A DNA stretch of 56,835 nt, taken from positions 1 through 56,835 of the forward strand of contig DATNQM010000011.1 of NCBI GenBank assembly GCA_036704045.1, given 5' to 3'. Shown here piece by piece: positions 30,314 through 39,792 of the stretch (its first letter is position 1; every line of letters starts with the position of its first letter). The notes below the pieces were generated by a model. That model searched no databases and had not been told where the DNA came from. It worked only from the letters and a program-made list of their open reading frames with translations. The translations under genes were made by a program, and so were the position numbers. This DNA is from Halomicronema sp. (GTDB taxonomy: Bacteria > Cyanobacteriota > Cyanobacteriia > Cyanobacteriales > Oscillatoriaceae).

Positions 30314-31771
30314 TTACAAACGGCGCCACAGAAAAAAAAACCTTTCTAAGAACCCCTGCAAACCCAGATTCCTAGCATAATTTTGTTTGGTTAACTGCAA
30401 AGCTGCCTTAGAACTAACCTCAGAAAGAGTAGGGTAAACGTGAATCATACTAGTCAAAGCAGAAACCTTTAATTTATGGGTCATTGCCAAAACAATCTCA
30501 TGCAATAACTCACCCGCCCTCGTTCCTACCAAATGGGCCCCTAAAATTTCTCCATTTTTGCGGGTAATAATCTTGACAAAACCCTCTTTATGTGATTCTG
30601 CTATAGCCCGGTCTACACCGGCAAACTCTTGTTTAAGCACACAAACCTGATCCCTATACAAAACACGCGCCTCAGCCTCTGTCATCCCCACACTTGCTAA
30701 TTCAGGCTGTGTAAACGTTGCCCTTGGCATGACGCGATAATTTCTGCGCCACACCGGCAAAAACAAAGCATTTTTCAACACCACTTGGGCTTCATAGCTG
30801 GCAGCATGAGTAAAACGATACCCGCCAATCACATCCCCACAAGCATAAATTTTTCGATTACTCGTTTGTAATTTATCATTAACAACAATTCCATCCCTGC
30901 CCACATCCACCCCCGCTGCTGGCAAATTTAGCAATTCTACATTAGGAAGCCGACCGGCAGCGACGAGAATTTCCTCAACTTTTGCCAATTGATTTTGCCC
31001 ACTCCAAATAACTTTTTCTCCCCGCTTTTCTTTAACCCGATTAACTTGCGTATTTTTGAAAATCTCAATACCTTCTGCTTGTAATTGAGTTTCCACAACT
31101 TCGGCTGCTTCCCAATCTTCTTTAGCTAAAATTTGCTTAGTTTTAGCAATTAAAGTAACCTGAGAACCTAAACGAGCAAAAGCTTGTCCCAATTCACAGC
31201 CCATCGGCCCCGCCCCAATCACAGTAATACTTTTCGGGAGTTTATTTAATGAAAAAACTTCCTTATTTGTCAAATATCCACACTCTTTTAATCCTTCAAT
31301 TTCAGGAATAAAAGGACGGGAACCGGTGGCAATTACAAAAGCACGCGCCGTGAGAATTTTATTATTAACAGTAAATTGGTGAGGGCTAATAAACTCTCCC
31401 TGACCAAAAATAACTTCTACGCCTAAACTTTCAAAACGTGTTGGTGAATCGTGGGGTTCAATAGTAGCAATAGCTTGTTCAATATGGCCGATAACTTTGG
31501 CAAAATCAATCTCTAAATTTTGGTAATTTATGCCAAACTGGCCGCTATTTTTCACCTTATAAGCAATATCGGCAGCGTGTAGTAAAGATTTACTTGGCAC
31601 ACAACCGTACCACAAACAGTCGCCTCCCAGTCGTTCGCTTTCCACCAAAGCAACTTTTGCTTTCAGTTGAGCCGCAGCGCTTGCTACTACTAAACCGCCA
31701 GATCCGCCACCAATAATTACTAAATCATATTCTTTAGCCACGAGTTCACCTATTCGCGATAGAGGATACAA
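30314..31771 (-). CDS. class I pyridine nucleotide-disulfide oxidoreductase (dihydrolipoamide dehydrogenase / MerA-like family)
   Basis: FAD-binding GGGSGG, redox-active disulfide GGDCLWYGCVPSK, an NAD-binding GAGPMGCE, and a C-terminal dimerisation domain with the HxxxxE region (HVYPTLSE). Confidence 0.8.
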   Translation of the reverse strand: MYPLSRIGELVAKEYDLVIIGGGSGGLVVASAAAQLKAKVALVESERLGGDCLWYGCVPSKSLLHAADIAYKVKNSGQFGINYQNLEIDFAKVIGHIEQAIATIEPHDSPTRFESLGVEVIFGQGEFISPHQFTVNNKILTARAFVIATGSRPFIPEIEGLKECGYLTNKEVFSLNKLPKSITVIGAGPMGCELGQAFARLGSQVTLIAKTKQILAKEDWEAAEVVETQLQAEGIEIFKNTQVNRVKEKRGEKVIWSGQNQLAKVEEILVAAGRLPNVELLNLPAAGVDVGRDGIVVNDKLQTSNRKIYACGDVIGGYRFTHAASYEAQVVLKNALFLPVWRRNYRVMPRATFTQPELASVGMTEAEARVLYRDQVCVLKQEFAGVDRAIAESHKEGFVKIITRKNGEILGAHLVGTRAGELLHEIVLAMTHKLKVSALTSMIHVYPTLSEVSSKAALQLTKQNYARNLGLQGFLERFFFLWRRL

Positions 31772-31910
31772 AATTGAGAAACGGCACTGCGGTATTCCCT
31801 TTGACGGGAACTAGAGAGGGATTGAAGATTAGGAATTGAAGATTAGGACGCACGGATCAGACAGAGAAGCTTAGTAGTATCTGTTGCAGCGTTTTAATTT
31901 TACCTTGTCT

Positions 31911-32519
31911 ATGGAAAGTCGGGATTGGTTGGTTACTGATAATGGTGAGTGTCAAGCGTGTATATTTTCGGGCAATGTTAAATACGATTCAAATACTTAT
32001 CGTCTCTATCGATTTTTAACCGATATTGAGGATATTATCTTCACGGTTAAAGAAAATCGCAGACGTCTGCAAATGATTCGGCCTTTAGTCCGTCGGTTAG
32101 TGACAAGTTCTTATTGGCTACAATCAGAATTTTTAGAACCTTCTCCTGAGAGGGGATTTTCAGTTTTAAAGCTTTATGAGGAACCTCAATTTGGGATTTC
32201 TGTTGAAATTGTTTCTGCTGTTCCAGGGATTGTTTCCCAGATTCATAATCATGGTAGTTGGGCAGTAATTTTGTTGCTACAAGGTAGTTATAAGTACACG
32301 TTTTGGCAACCAATTAAAGATAAAGATTTTCCTCACAAAATTGAACCTGTGTCTCAAAAAATTATAAAAGCCGGCGATTTAATTAGCTTTTTACCAAATG
32401 CTATCCACAGAGTGGAATCTTTGGGTGAGGAAGTTACGGTGACTATCTGTGTGTATGGAACTCAGGAAACCCAACGACTTGAATTTGATCCGCTTTTGCA
32501 TACGGCTGAGGCTTTTTAA
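31911..32519 (+). CDS. cupin-fold protein, cysteine-dioxygenase type I-like
   Basis: Cupin metal-site-like IHNHGSWAVILLLQG … IHRVE. ATG at 31911 (MESRDWL) is preferred over the longer ORF-track start. Confidence 0.45.
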   Translation: MESRDWLVTDNGECQACIFSGNVKYDSNTYRLYRFLTDIEDIIFTVKENRRRLQMIRPLVRRLVTSSYWLQSEFLEPSPERGFSVLKLYEEPQFGISVEIVSAVPGIVSQIHNHGSWAVILLLQGSYKYTFWQPIKDKDFPHKIEPVSQKIIKAGDLISFLPNAIHRVESLGEEVTVTICVYGTQETQRLEFDPLLHTAEAF

Positions 32520-32582
32520 AGCTTTTTTACTTCAATAGTTTCTATCAAATTTAAGACTGAAAACTCCCTCAATTTATTTTGA

Positions 32583-33035
32583 TTATGTCGAGGGAGTGGG
32601 TTCGGTTTCTGTTTTAGTAAGAAATTTTTCGGTAATCCAATTTGTGACAATGTGTGATAATAGTCCCAAAGGGCCGGCAAACAAACATAAAATTAAGGAA
32701 TGAATTGTCCAAATTCCTGTCCGTTGTCCTTCTAAATAAATCCACCGACCTACAAATAAATCCATTACTAGAAAATGTACCCAGCCGGTGGCTGTGGCTC
32801 TTTCTTCTGCAAAAAATTTAGCAATGTCTGTTAAGGTAGGATTGGCTAAAGCTTGGGCGGTTTCATCGTTAATAGTCCCGCTGATTAAAAAGATATAAAG
32901 CCCTGCCAAAATTACAAAGGGAATATAAGAGCCTATAATTTTTTTTGTGACTCCCCAGTTTGGTAATAAAATCATTAAAGTCCAAAAGGGTAAGACAAAT
33001 ATATTGGCACCGCTGAAAATTTGTTCTATATTCAT
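32583..33035 (-). CDS. DUF4281 (ABA4-like) membrane protein
   Basis: Four hydrophobic helices with the pattern seen in plastid ABA4/DUF4281 proteins (FWTLMILLPNWG…WVHFLVMDLFVGRW). Family assignment is from memory. Confidence 0.55.
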   Translation of the reverse strand: MNIEQIFSGANIFVLPFWTLMILLPNWGVTKKIIGSYIPFVILAGLYIFLISGTINDETAQALANPTLTDIAKFFAEERATATGWVHFLVMDLFVGRWIYLEGQRTGIWTIHSLILCLFAGPLGLLSHIVTNWITEKFLTKTETEPTPST

Positions 33036-33072
33036 GGTTTTTTGTTGTGTTTTGGTTATGATAAGGTTTTAA

Positions 33073-34146
33073 ATGTTTCTTGGCAAGAGGTTTGTAAATT
33101 TCACTACTAAAAAATCAATGCTGAGTACAATAAAGGCTAGTTTTAGGGTTTGGTTGGTTTGTTGGTTATTAGTTTTGGGCTTGGTGATTAGCCGGCCGGT
33201 TTTTGCAGCAAATGAAGTTAGAAGTTTTGCTGATTTTTGTTTAAATCAAGATCAACTTACGCCCCAAGCTAAATTAACGGTTAGTTTAATGTTAGAAGGG
33301 GCGGGTACGGAAGATTGTCAAGAGGCTAAGGAGATATTTTCTTCAACTTTTGAACTTAATTTTAGCCGGGCGGGAATTTCTGATCTTTCTCCTCTTTCGA
33401 GTTTGACAAATTTAAGAGTTCTTTATCTGGATGTTAATAATATTTCGGATCTTTCTCCTTTGGGTTCTTTAGTCAATTTGACTTCGCTTTTTTTGGATAG
33501 CAATCAAATTTCTGATATAACTCCTTTAGAAAATTTGCAAAATTTAACTTTGCTTAGTCTTTTTAATAACCAAGTGTCTGATATTACTCCTTTAAAATCT
33601 TTGAAAGAACTTAGAAAATTGTCTTTGTATAGCAATCAAATTACTGATTTAAATGCTTTACAAGGGTTAACTAATTTAGAGTTTGTTTCTATTTCAGAAA
33701 ATCAAGTTTCTGATTTAAGTCCCCTAAGTAATTTAACTAAACTTACTTTTTTATCTCTTTATGGTAACAGAATTTCTAATTTAAGTGCTTTGGAAAGTTT
33801 GCAAAATTTAGTTTATTTGAATCTTCATAGTAATCAAATTTTTGATTTACATCCTCTCGCATCTTTACAAAATCTAAAGGATTTAAATTTAGGCAATAAT
33901 TACATTTCTGATGTTTTACCACTGGGGTCTTTAGTTAATTTAACAGAGTTGATTTTGTTTGGGAATAAAGTTAGTAATTTGAAGGGCTTAGAGTTTTTAA
34001 AAACCTTAAGTTATTTAGATTTGTATAATAACCAAGTTACGGATATTAATCTTTTGAATTCTCTGCAAAATTTAAGAATGTTGGATTTACGAGAAAATCC
34101 TTTAAACGAAAAACAATGTCCTGTAGAAGGGATATGTAGGTTTTGA
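33073..34146 (+). CDS. secreted leucine-rich-repeat protein (internalin-like 22-aa repeats)
   Basis: Signal peptide followed by about twelve tandem 22-residue units of the form NLxxLxLxxNQIsDIsPLxsLx. Confidence 0.85.
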   Translation: MFLGKRFVNFTTKKSMLSTIKASFRVWLVCWLLVLGLVISRPVFAANEVRSFADFCLNQDQLTPQAKLTVSLMLEGAGTEDCQEAKEIFSSTFELNFSRAGISDLSPLSSLTNLRVLYLDVNNISDLSPLGSLVNLTSLFLDSNQISDITPLENLQNLTLLSLFNNQVSDITPLKSLKELRKLSLYSNQITDLNALQGLTNLEFVSISENQVSDLSPLSNLTKLTFLSLYGNRISNLSALESLQNLVYLNLHSNQIFDLHPLASLQNLKDLNLGNNYISDVLPLGSLVNLTELILFGNKVSNLKGLEFLKTLSYLDLYNNQVTDINLLNSLQNLRMLDLRENPLNEKQCPVEGICRF

Positions 34147-34482
34147 GTTTCTCTTACAATATAAATATTTTAAGGGCAAAACCAAAGCAATTACAGGCTT
34201 TTTTAAGGGTGGAAAGCACAAAAAATATCCCCCCCTTCTCTCCCATCTTTCACAAAGAAAGAGAGGCAATAAATCGCACCTATCAGAAATAAAAATGCTA
34301 TAAATAAAGATGAAAAATTGGATTTTTTTTGTTTTACTAATTTATAGAAATAACGAAGATAAATAAGAAGTAAGACAGAAGTTAAAGATTTTGCTTGGAG
34401 TTTTTCACAGATTGGTATTAGAATGCTAAAATAATTGGCAAATCAAGGGTTTGATAACATACCATTACAAGGAGACTTTGTT

Positions 34483-34578
34483 ATGAATTCTCACGATCTT
34501 TTAATGTTAGGAATTTTGCTACTTCCAGGCTTAGCACTTTCGATAGCTATTATGGCTTCTTTTGCTGCTGGCGGTTAA
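34483..34578 (+). CDS. unannotated 31-aa single-helix membrane peptide (MNSHDLLMLGILLLPGLALSIAIMASFAAGG)
   Basis: AAGGAG at 34469-34474 lies 8 nt upstream of the ATG. The ORF has a hydrophobic core and sits in an otherwise empty 780-bp intergenic gap. It is below the ORF-track length cut-off. Confidence 0.35.
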   Translation: MNSHDLLMLGILLLPGLALSIAIMASFAAGG

Positions 34579-34925
34579 TTTTTCTAAGTATTCTGCCGTT
34601 TGCTGTGGACTAAAAAACTTTTGACAGATAAAATACCAGACACAGCAGCGGCGGAGACTTAATTTATAGCTAGGGTTTGAAAAATTTTTGAATTTATTAA
34701 GTTTTTAAGAAAATTTAAGACTATTTTTATACAGCAATATAAGAGAGAAAGCATAGCACCGGCAGTTAACTTTACCCAGGGCTATGCTATTTATCTAAGG
34801 TACGGTAAACGAGTTCAAATTTAGATCAAAATTTGCTATTTTTGGAATTGCTTAAAACATTGAAAGTAACTGCAAAAGAGTCTTTTTTTTATTAAAAACT
34901 CTTAATCCAAAACTTTCAAAAATTT

Positions 34926-36119
34926 TTATCCTCGTTTAGCATTGGCTTCCATATTTTCTAGCATTTCTAGGTATTGGGAAGATTTGGCCTGAACATCTCT
35001 AATAAACTGGCGTAGACTTTGATATTTTAAAGGGGCATTTCCACCTTTTTGAGAGTCTTCTATATGTTTATCCAGTTCTGCTTCTAATTCGTGAATATGC
35101 TTTTCAAGAACCGTCATTACAGCATTAACTCGAACATCAACAAAAGGTCTTAAAGCATTTTCTACCTCTCGCTGTTTTTTGATAACTTCCCCAATTTTTG
35201 CATCAGATTCATCAGTGAGAATAAAATCAGGAATATTCAAATCATCGCTGCTATTATAGCTATCATCTTCATCATCATCATCTTTTTTGCTTTGGGCAGC
35301 TAATTGGATATCGGAAGGACGATGATAACTAGCTTTAAAGCTGATTTCTGTAATTTCATCTTCATCAGCATCCAAAGTAATATCGCGCCCTCTTTGGATT
35401 TCTTGATAGTAGGGCAACATCGACTCTACGATGATATTAGCTGTTTTAATTTGTTTGTCGGGTTCTTCTAAACAAGTTGCAGTACCATAGAGACGAAACT
35501 CTAAATCTTCTGGAGTTTCACAAGCATAAAATAAAGCCCGTACTAACTCATCAAATTCTAAAGAATCGAGAGTTGCCCAATCTTGAGTGCTATAACCAAA
35601 CTTATAGTTTAGGGCAGAAAAAACCAAAACTTTCGCCCGACGGACTGTAGATTCTCGTGATACAGTAAACTTTAAATCCGACAAATCGTAAGGATATTTA
35701 ACACCTTTTTTAAGTTGTTTTAATTGGGTGCGAATCCGTTTACGTTTAGCTTGATTTTCAGGATAAAGTTTACTTAGTTTTTGAACCAAGGTACTAGCGA
35801 GCAAAAAATACTGGACTTTTTTATTCAGTTTTTTAATAACCTGAAGAATAAGAGACTCCAGATGGCCAAAAGTAGTCGCAACCTTATAAGTATCTGTGAC
35901 TAAATCAGATAAATCCAAAGCATCGAGTGTGTCTTGGTTATTTTCCCACCGATTTTTAGTAGCACATAAAAGTAATTTTTTGATTTTGCTAACGTTATCA
36001 CTGCGTTCTAAGTCTTTGAGGACTTCATCAAAACCCGGTATTAGTTCCATTTTTTTTCTCCTGTCAAATGCACAGCAAACCAGTCCTGTTAGGGTAAAGG
36101 TGATGTCGGCGATTCGCAC
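34926..36119 (-). CDS. hypothetical acidic coiled-coil protein
   Basis: Long ORF with a poly-acidic tract (KKDDDDEDDSYNSSDD) and no recognised domain. ATG at MELIPGF (36050) is a possible alternative start. Confidence 0.5.
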   Translation of the reverse strand: MRIADITFTLTGLVCCAFDRRKKMELIPGFDEVLKDLERSDNVSKIKKLLLCATKNRWENNQDTLDALDLSDLVTDTYKVATTFGHLESLILQVIKKLNKKVQYFLLASTLVQKLSKLYPENQAKRKRIRTQLKQLKKGVKYPYDLSDLKFTVSRESTVRRAKVLVFSALNYKFGYSTQDWATLDSLEFDELVRALFYACETPEDLEFRLYGTATCLEEPDKQIKTANIIVESMLPYYQEIQRGRDITLDADEDEITEISFKASYHRPSDIQLAAQSKKDDDDEDDSYNSSDDLNIPDFILTDESDAKIGEVIKKQREVENALRPFVDVRVNAVMTVLEKHIHELEAELDKHIEDSQKGGNAPLKYQSLRQFIRDVQAKSSQYLEMLENMEANAKRG

Positions 36120-36492
36120 CTCTATAAGTAGAAAAGTTTTTTAGGGGGTGCTTGCTGAAAACCAGACACAAACTAAGATCAATATTACTATGGTTTAGAA
36201 AAAGTATCCGTATATCACAGAGCAAAGCAACTAGATAACCCCTTAACATACGCCGCAATGTTTCCTCAACAGCCACTAAAACCAAAAAGCCACAAAAAGT
36301 AAGAAAAAATGTATTCTCAGTAGGAATTTTATTTGCACTGTTTTTGTCAGTCGAAGCGAGTGTGGTGTTTAACCGCAAAAGACGATCAAAAACTACGAGC
36401 CACACTCACCTGTTTTGCCCTAAACAGCCCATAGAAAATAACAATCTACTGCTTTGATATGGCAACTGACATCCGAGAAAATGCGGAAGCGC

Positions 36493-37659
36493 TCAAACAG
36501 ACTCAAGATTAGTAATTGGCAAAGCCAAACAATCTTTGAGACACCAAACGACTTGAGTTTGCTCATCGGCGGTAAGTTCTGGGAACATGGGCAACGATAA
36601 CACCTCATTAGCCAATTGTTCACAAACCGGCAAAGCGCCTGGTTTGTAGCCCAAGGATTCATAAACCGGCTGTAGGTGTAATGGCATTGGATAATAAACC
36701 ATTGTACTCACCCCCCTATCTTGTAGCCGATCCCGTAGCCAGTTGCGGTAATCACCGCTATTCATAGGGTTATGACTTTGGTTCTGAACTCGGATTGTAT
36801 ATTGGTTCCAAACACTGGTACCACCGGCAATTTCTTGAGGACGAATTACACATTTAACCGGCAATAATAACTCATCATAAAACCTCTGCACTTTCCGCCG
36901 TTGATTGTTCCAGCTATCGAGATGACGAAGTTTGATTTGTAAAATTGCTGCTTGTAGGGCATCTAGGCGGCTGTTAACACCAATTTCTTCATAGTGGTAG
37001 CGCTTACTTTGACCATGTTCTTTCAAAACGCGCACACGGGCTGCAATGGCTGGATCGTTGGTTGTCACTGCGCCACCGTCACCACAGGCACCTAAGTTTT
37101 TAGTAGGGAAAAAGCTAAAACAACCAATATGACCGATACTACCAACTCTACGTCCTTGCCAAACAGCACCGGTGGCTTGGGCGCAATCTTCAATGACTGC
37201 CAAATTATAGCGACCGGCAATTTCTGTTAACCGCGTCATATCCACCGGCTGACCAAACAAATGCACTGGAATAATGGCTTTTGTTTTTTCTGTGCAGGCA
37301 GCCGCAACCGCATCCAGGTCAAGATTGTAGGTATGCTTGTCAATATCGACAAAAACCGGTGTTGCTCCTACTGCGGAAATTACCTCAGCAGTAGCAAAAA
37401 AAGTAAAAGAGGTTGTAATGACTTCATCACCTGGGCCAATATCTAAGGCTCGCAGGGCCAAATAAAGCGCATCGGTGCCGGAGTTGCAAGCAATACATTC
37501 ACTTACTCCAACAAATTCTCCAAATTGCTGTTCAAATTCTGCCACAACTGGCCCGCCAATATAGCGTCCAGAGGCCAACAGTTCCAGCACAGCTTGACCA
37601 ACTTCGGAGGAGATGGTCTGGTATTGTTGGGCTAGGTCAAGGGGGGGGATCTTCTTCAC
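36493..37659 (-). CDS. DegT/DnrJ/EryC1/StrS-family PLP-dependent sugar aminotransferase
   Basis: ACNSGTDALYLAL, FSFFPTKNLGACGDGG (PLP lysine region), and the family-typical ~380-aa length. Confidence 0.9.
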   Translation of the reverse strand: MKKIPPLDLAQQYQTISSEVGQAVLELLASGRYIGGPVVAEFEQQFGEFVGVSECIACNSGTDALYLALRALDIGPGDEVITTSFTFFATAEVISAVGATPVFVDIDKHTYNLDLDAVAAACTEKTKAIIPVHLFGQPVDMTRLTEIAGRYNLAVIEDCAQATGAVWQGRRVGSIGHIGCFSFFPTKNLGACGDGGAVTTNDPAIAARVRVLKEHGQSKRYHYEEIGVNSRLDALQAAILQIKLRHLDSWNNQRRKVQRFYDELLLPVKCVIRPQEIAGGTSVWNQYTIRVQNQSHNPMNSGDYRNWLRDRLQDRGVSTMVYYPMPLHLQPVYESLGYKPGALPVCEQLANEVLSLPMFPELTADEQTQVVWCLKDCLALPITNLESV

Positions 37660-37890
37660 GCGCTTTTACCACAAGGTCGTAATTTTTTGAGATTATCGCA
37701 AAATTGTCAAAAATCCAGTTTCTTTTTAAGGCTGTACTGTTGAGACGTTTTTAAGGTAATAGTGTTTTTGATATAACATCATACTTTTAAAAGCCTATTT
37801 TTTACATTGATTTTCTCTTTTTGCAAAAATTTTGACTTGGCGGTTTGGTTGCTATGGTGCCGGTGTGTGGAGGCTCAAACGAAATTAAAT

Positions 37891-39627
37891 TTAAAAGGGA
37901 GAAGCTAAAATGGAAAAATATAAACCGTTATCTTGCCAAGTTCTTTCTTCTCGTGGGGAATTAATTAAAGGTATTCCATAATTTAAATAGGCTGTAAAAC
38001 TTTCTCCTAATTCTAGTCGTAAACCTAAGCCAACGGAAATTAAGGGACTGGTTGCTGTTGTGGGTATTGGTGAACTATTCCAACCGGCCCCAAGGTCAAG
38101 AAAAGGTGTTAAATATAAAATATTTTCTTCATGGGAAAAACGATAAATTGGCAGTCTAACTTCTGCGGAAGTAAACACTCCATTATCACTGATAATTGAG
38201 TCTTGGGGGTAGCCTCGGACGTTTTGTAATCCACCGATAGTAAATTGTTCTAAGGGTAATAAAGCACGGGAGGCAAGTTGGATATCTCCGCGAATAACTA
38301 TTAAGGTATCTGGGGCAATTTCACGCAACCATTGTGTTTGACCTCTCCATGCAAAAAAACGGCTATCTGGCGGTTCTATATTGCGGGTTCCTCCCCATCC
38401 TAAGCCTAAAGAAAATTGAGATCGGGCGGCAAAAACTTGTTGGGAATCGCGCTCGGTCCAGTCTTGATAAAAGCGTAAAATGTTAAGGGTAGTTTCGCCT
38501 TGTTCGTTAGCACCGGCAGACAGAGGGAAAGGTTCACCGAGTAAGCTGGTAGAATTTTCGCGGCGGATAGCACTTAAACCTAGGGCAAATTCTTGGGTAG
38601 GTTTTTGAATAATTGGTTGACGAAAGTTAATTTCATAATTTTGAGATTTGGCTTTAATATCTACTTGATCAAATGGTGGTTGAATGATTACGCTATTGCT
38701 ACGATTATAGGATAAGTTAAGGGTGCCGTTGCGAGAATTAACCGGCAAACTGTAGACAAAATCAAGGCTGTTACTTCCGTCGGTGTTGGCGTAGGTGATA
38801 CTGAGGCTATCTCCGAGTCCTAGTAAGTTTAATTCGGTGCCAGAAATTTGCCTTAAAAAACTGCCGGTGCTGGGGGTTCGGCTGTTATCTAATAATATTT
38901 GAGTTTTTAAAGAGGGGGCTTCTGTGATGATGACTTCTAAGATGCTATTGCCTGGTTTTGTGCCGGCAGTAAGTTCTGCGGATATGGTAGCAATAAGAGG
39001 GTTGAGTTGTAGGTTTTGTAAGGCTTCTAAGAGTGTAGATGTATTTAAAGCTTTTTCTGTGACAAGTTCTATTCTGGAGCGAATATAATTAGAATTAAGG
39101 CGATTTGTGCCGGTGATTTTAATTTGTTGTAGTTTTCCTTCTAGGATTTTAATTAGGATAATTCCATTTTCTAATGTTTGGGGTGTAATGAAAGCGCCAC
39201 TGGTTATATATCCTTGATCAATATAGTATTTTGTAATGAGGCTACGGGCTTGTAAAAGTTCATTGAATGTGATTTCTTTGCCTATATAAAAGTTAAGAAG
39301 TTTTTGGAGTTCTTCATCGCTAAAGGCTGTATTTCCTTCAAAAGTAAATTTTTGAACTGTTATTTTTCCGGGTATATTTTCTGGAGATGAAAATGGCGGT
39401 GGGGGTGGTGTGCTGAAGGGTTGTAAAAGTTCTTCTGGTGGTGGTAATAAGGCCGGTGGGTGTGGGGGGGTTGATTCCCTAGCCGGTGGGTTGGGAATGA
39501 GTGGATTTTGGGCGTTTAGGTAGGGTTCTTCTGAAAGGATAGGTTCCGAGAAAGTTAACAATTCTATTGATAAAAATATTAAGATTTTAAAAATCTTTTT
39601 TGGTTTATTTTTGAGATATTTTTTCAT
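37891..39627 (-). CDS. ShlB/FhaC/HecB-family two-partner-secretion outer-membrane transporter (TpsB)
   Basis: Signal peptide, a Pro-rich linker, a ShlB-type POTRA (ITVQKFTFEGNTAFSDEELQKLL…YYIDQGYITS), and a C-terminal beta-barrel ending in an aromatic residue (…SPF). Confidence 0.8.
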   Translation of the reverse strand: MKKYLKNKPKKIFKILIFLSIELLTFSEPILSEEPYLNAQNPLIPNPPARESTPPHPPALLPPPEELLQPFSTPPPPPFSSPENIPGKITVQKFTFEGNTAFSDEELQKLLNFYIGKEITFNELLQARSLITKYYIDQGYITSGAFITPQTLENGIILIKILEGKLQQIKITGTNRLNSNYIRSRIELVTEKALNTSTLLEALQNLQLNPLIATISAELTAGTKPGNSILEVIITEAPSLKTQILLDNSRTPSTGSFLRQISGTELNLLGLGDSLSITYANTDGSNSLDFVYSLPVNSRNGTLNLSYNRSNSVIIQPPFDQVDIKAKSQNYEINFRQPIIQKPTQEFALGLSAIRRENSTSLLGEPFPLSAGANEQGETTLNILRFYQDWTERDSQQVFAARSQFSLGLGWGGTRNIEPPDSRFFAWRGQTQWLREIAPDTLIVIRGDIQLASRALLPLEQFTIGGLQNVRGYPQDSIISDNGVFTSAEVRLPIYRFSHEENILYLTPFLDLGAGWNSSPIPTTATSPLISVGLGLRLELGESFTAYLNYGIPLINSPREERTWQDNGLYFSILASPF

Positions 39628-39792
39628 TGATTTATGAAGTTTTTCAATAAAATTATAAAGATAAATATAAATATTTTAATTAAGCGCAGAAAATGTTTCT
39701 ACAATTAACGATTTTTTAAAAACATTTTCTGAAGGTTCTAAAATTTACATACATTGAACTTTTACATTTAAAGGGTTTAACCTTTTATGTGG

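Noticed and set aside
36064-36662. ORFs 36064..36405 and 36420..36662 on the minus strand
   Set aside because: They overlap the 3' end of the DegT gene or its downstream spacer, lack motifs, and have atypical composition. They are likely non-coding.
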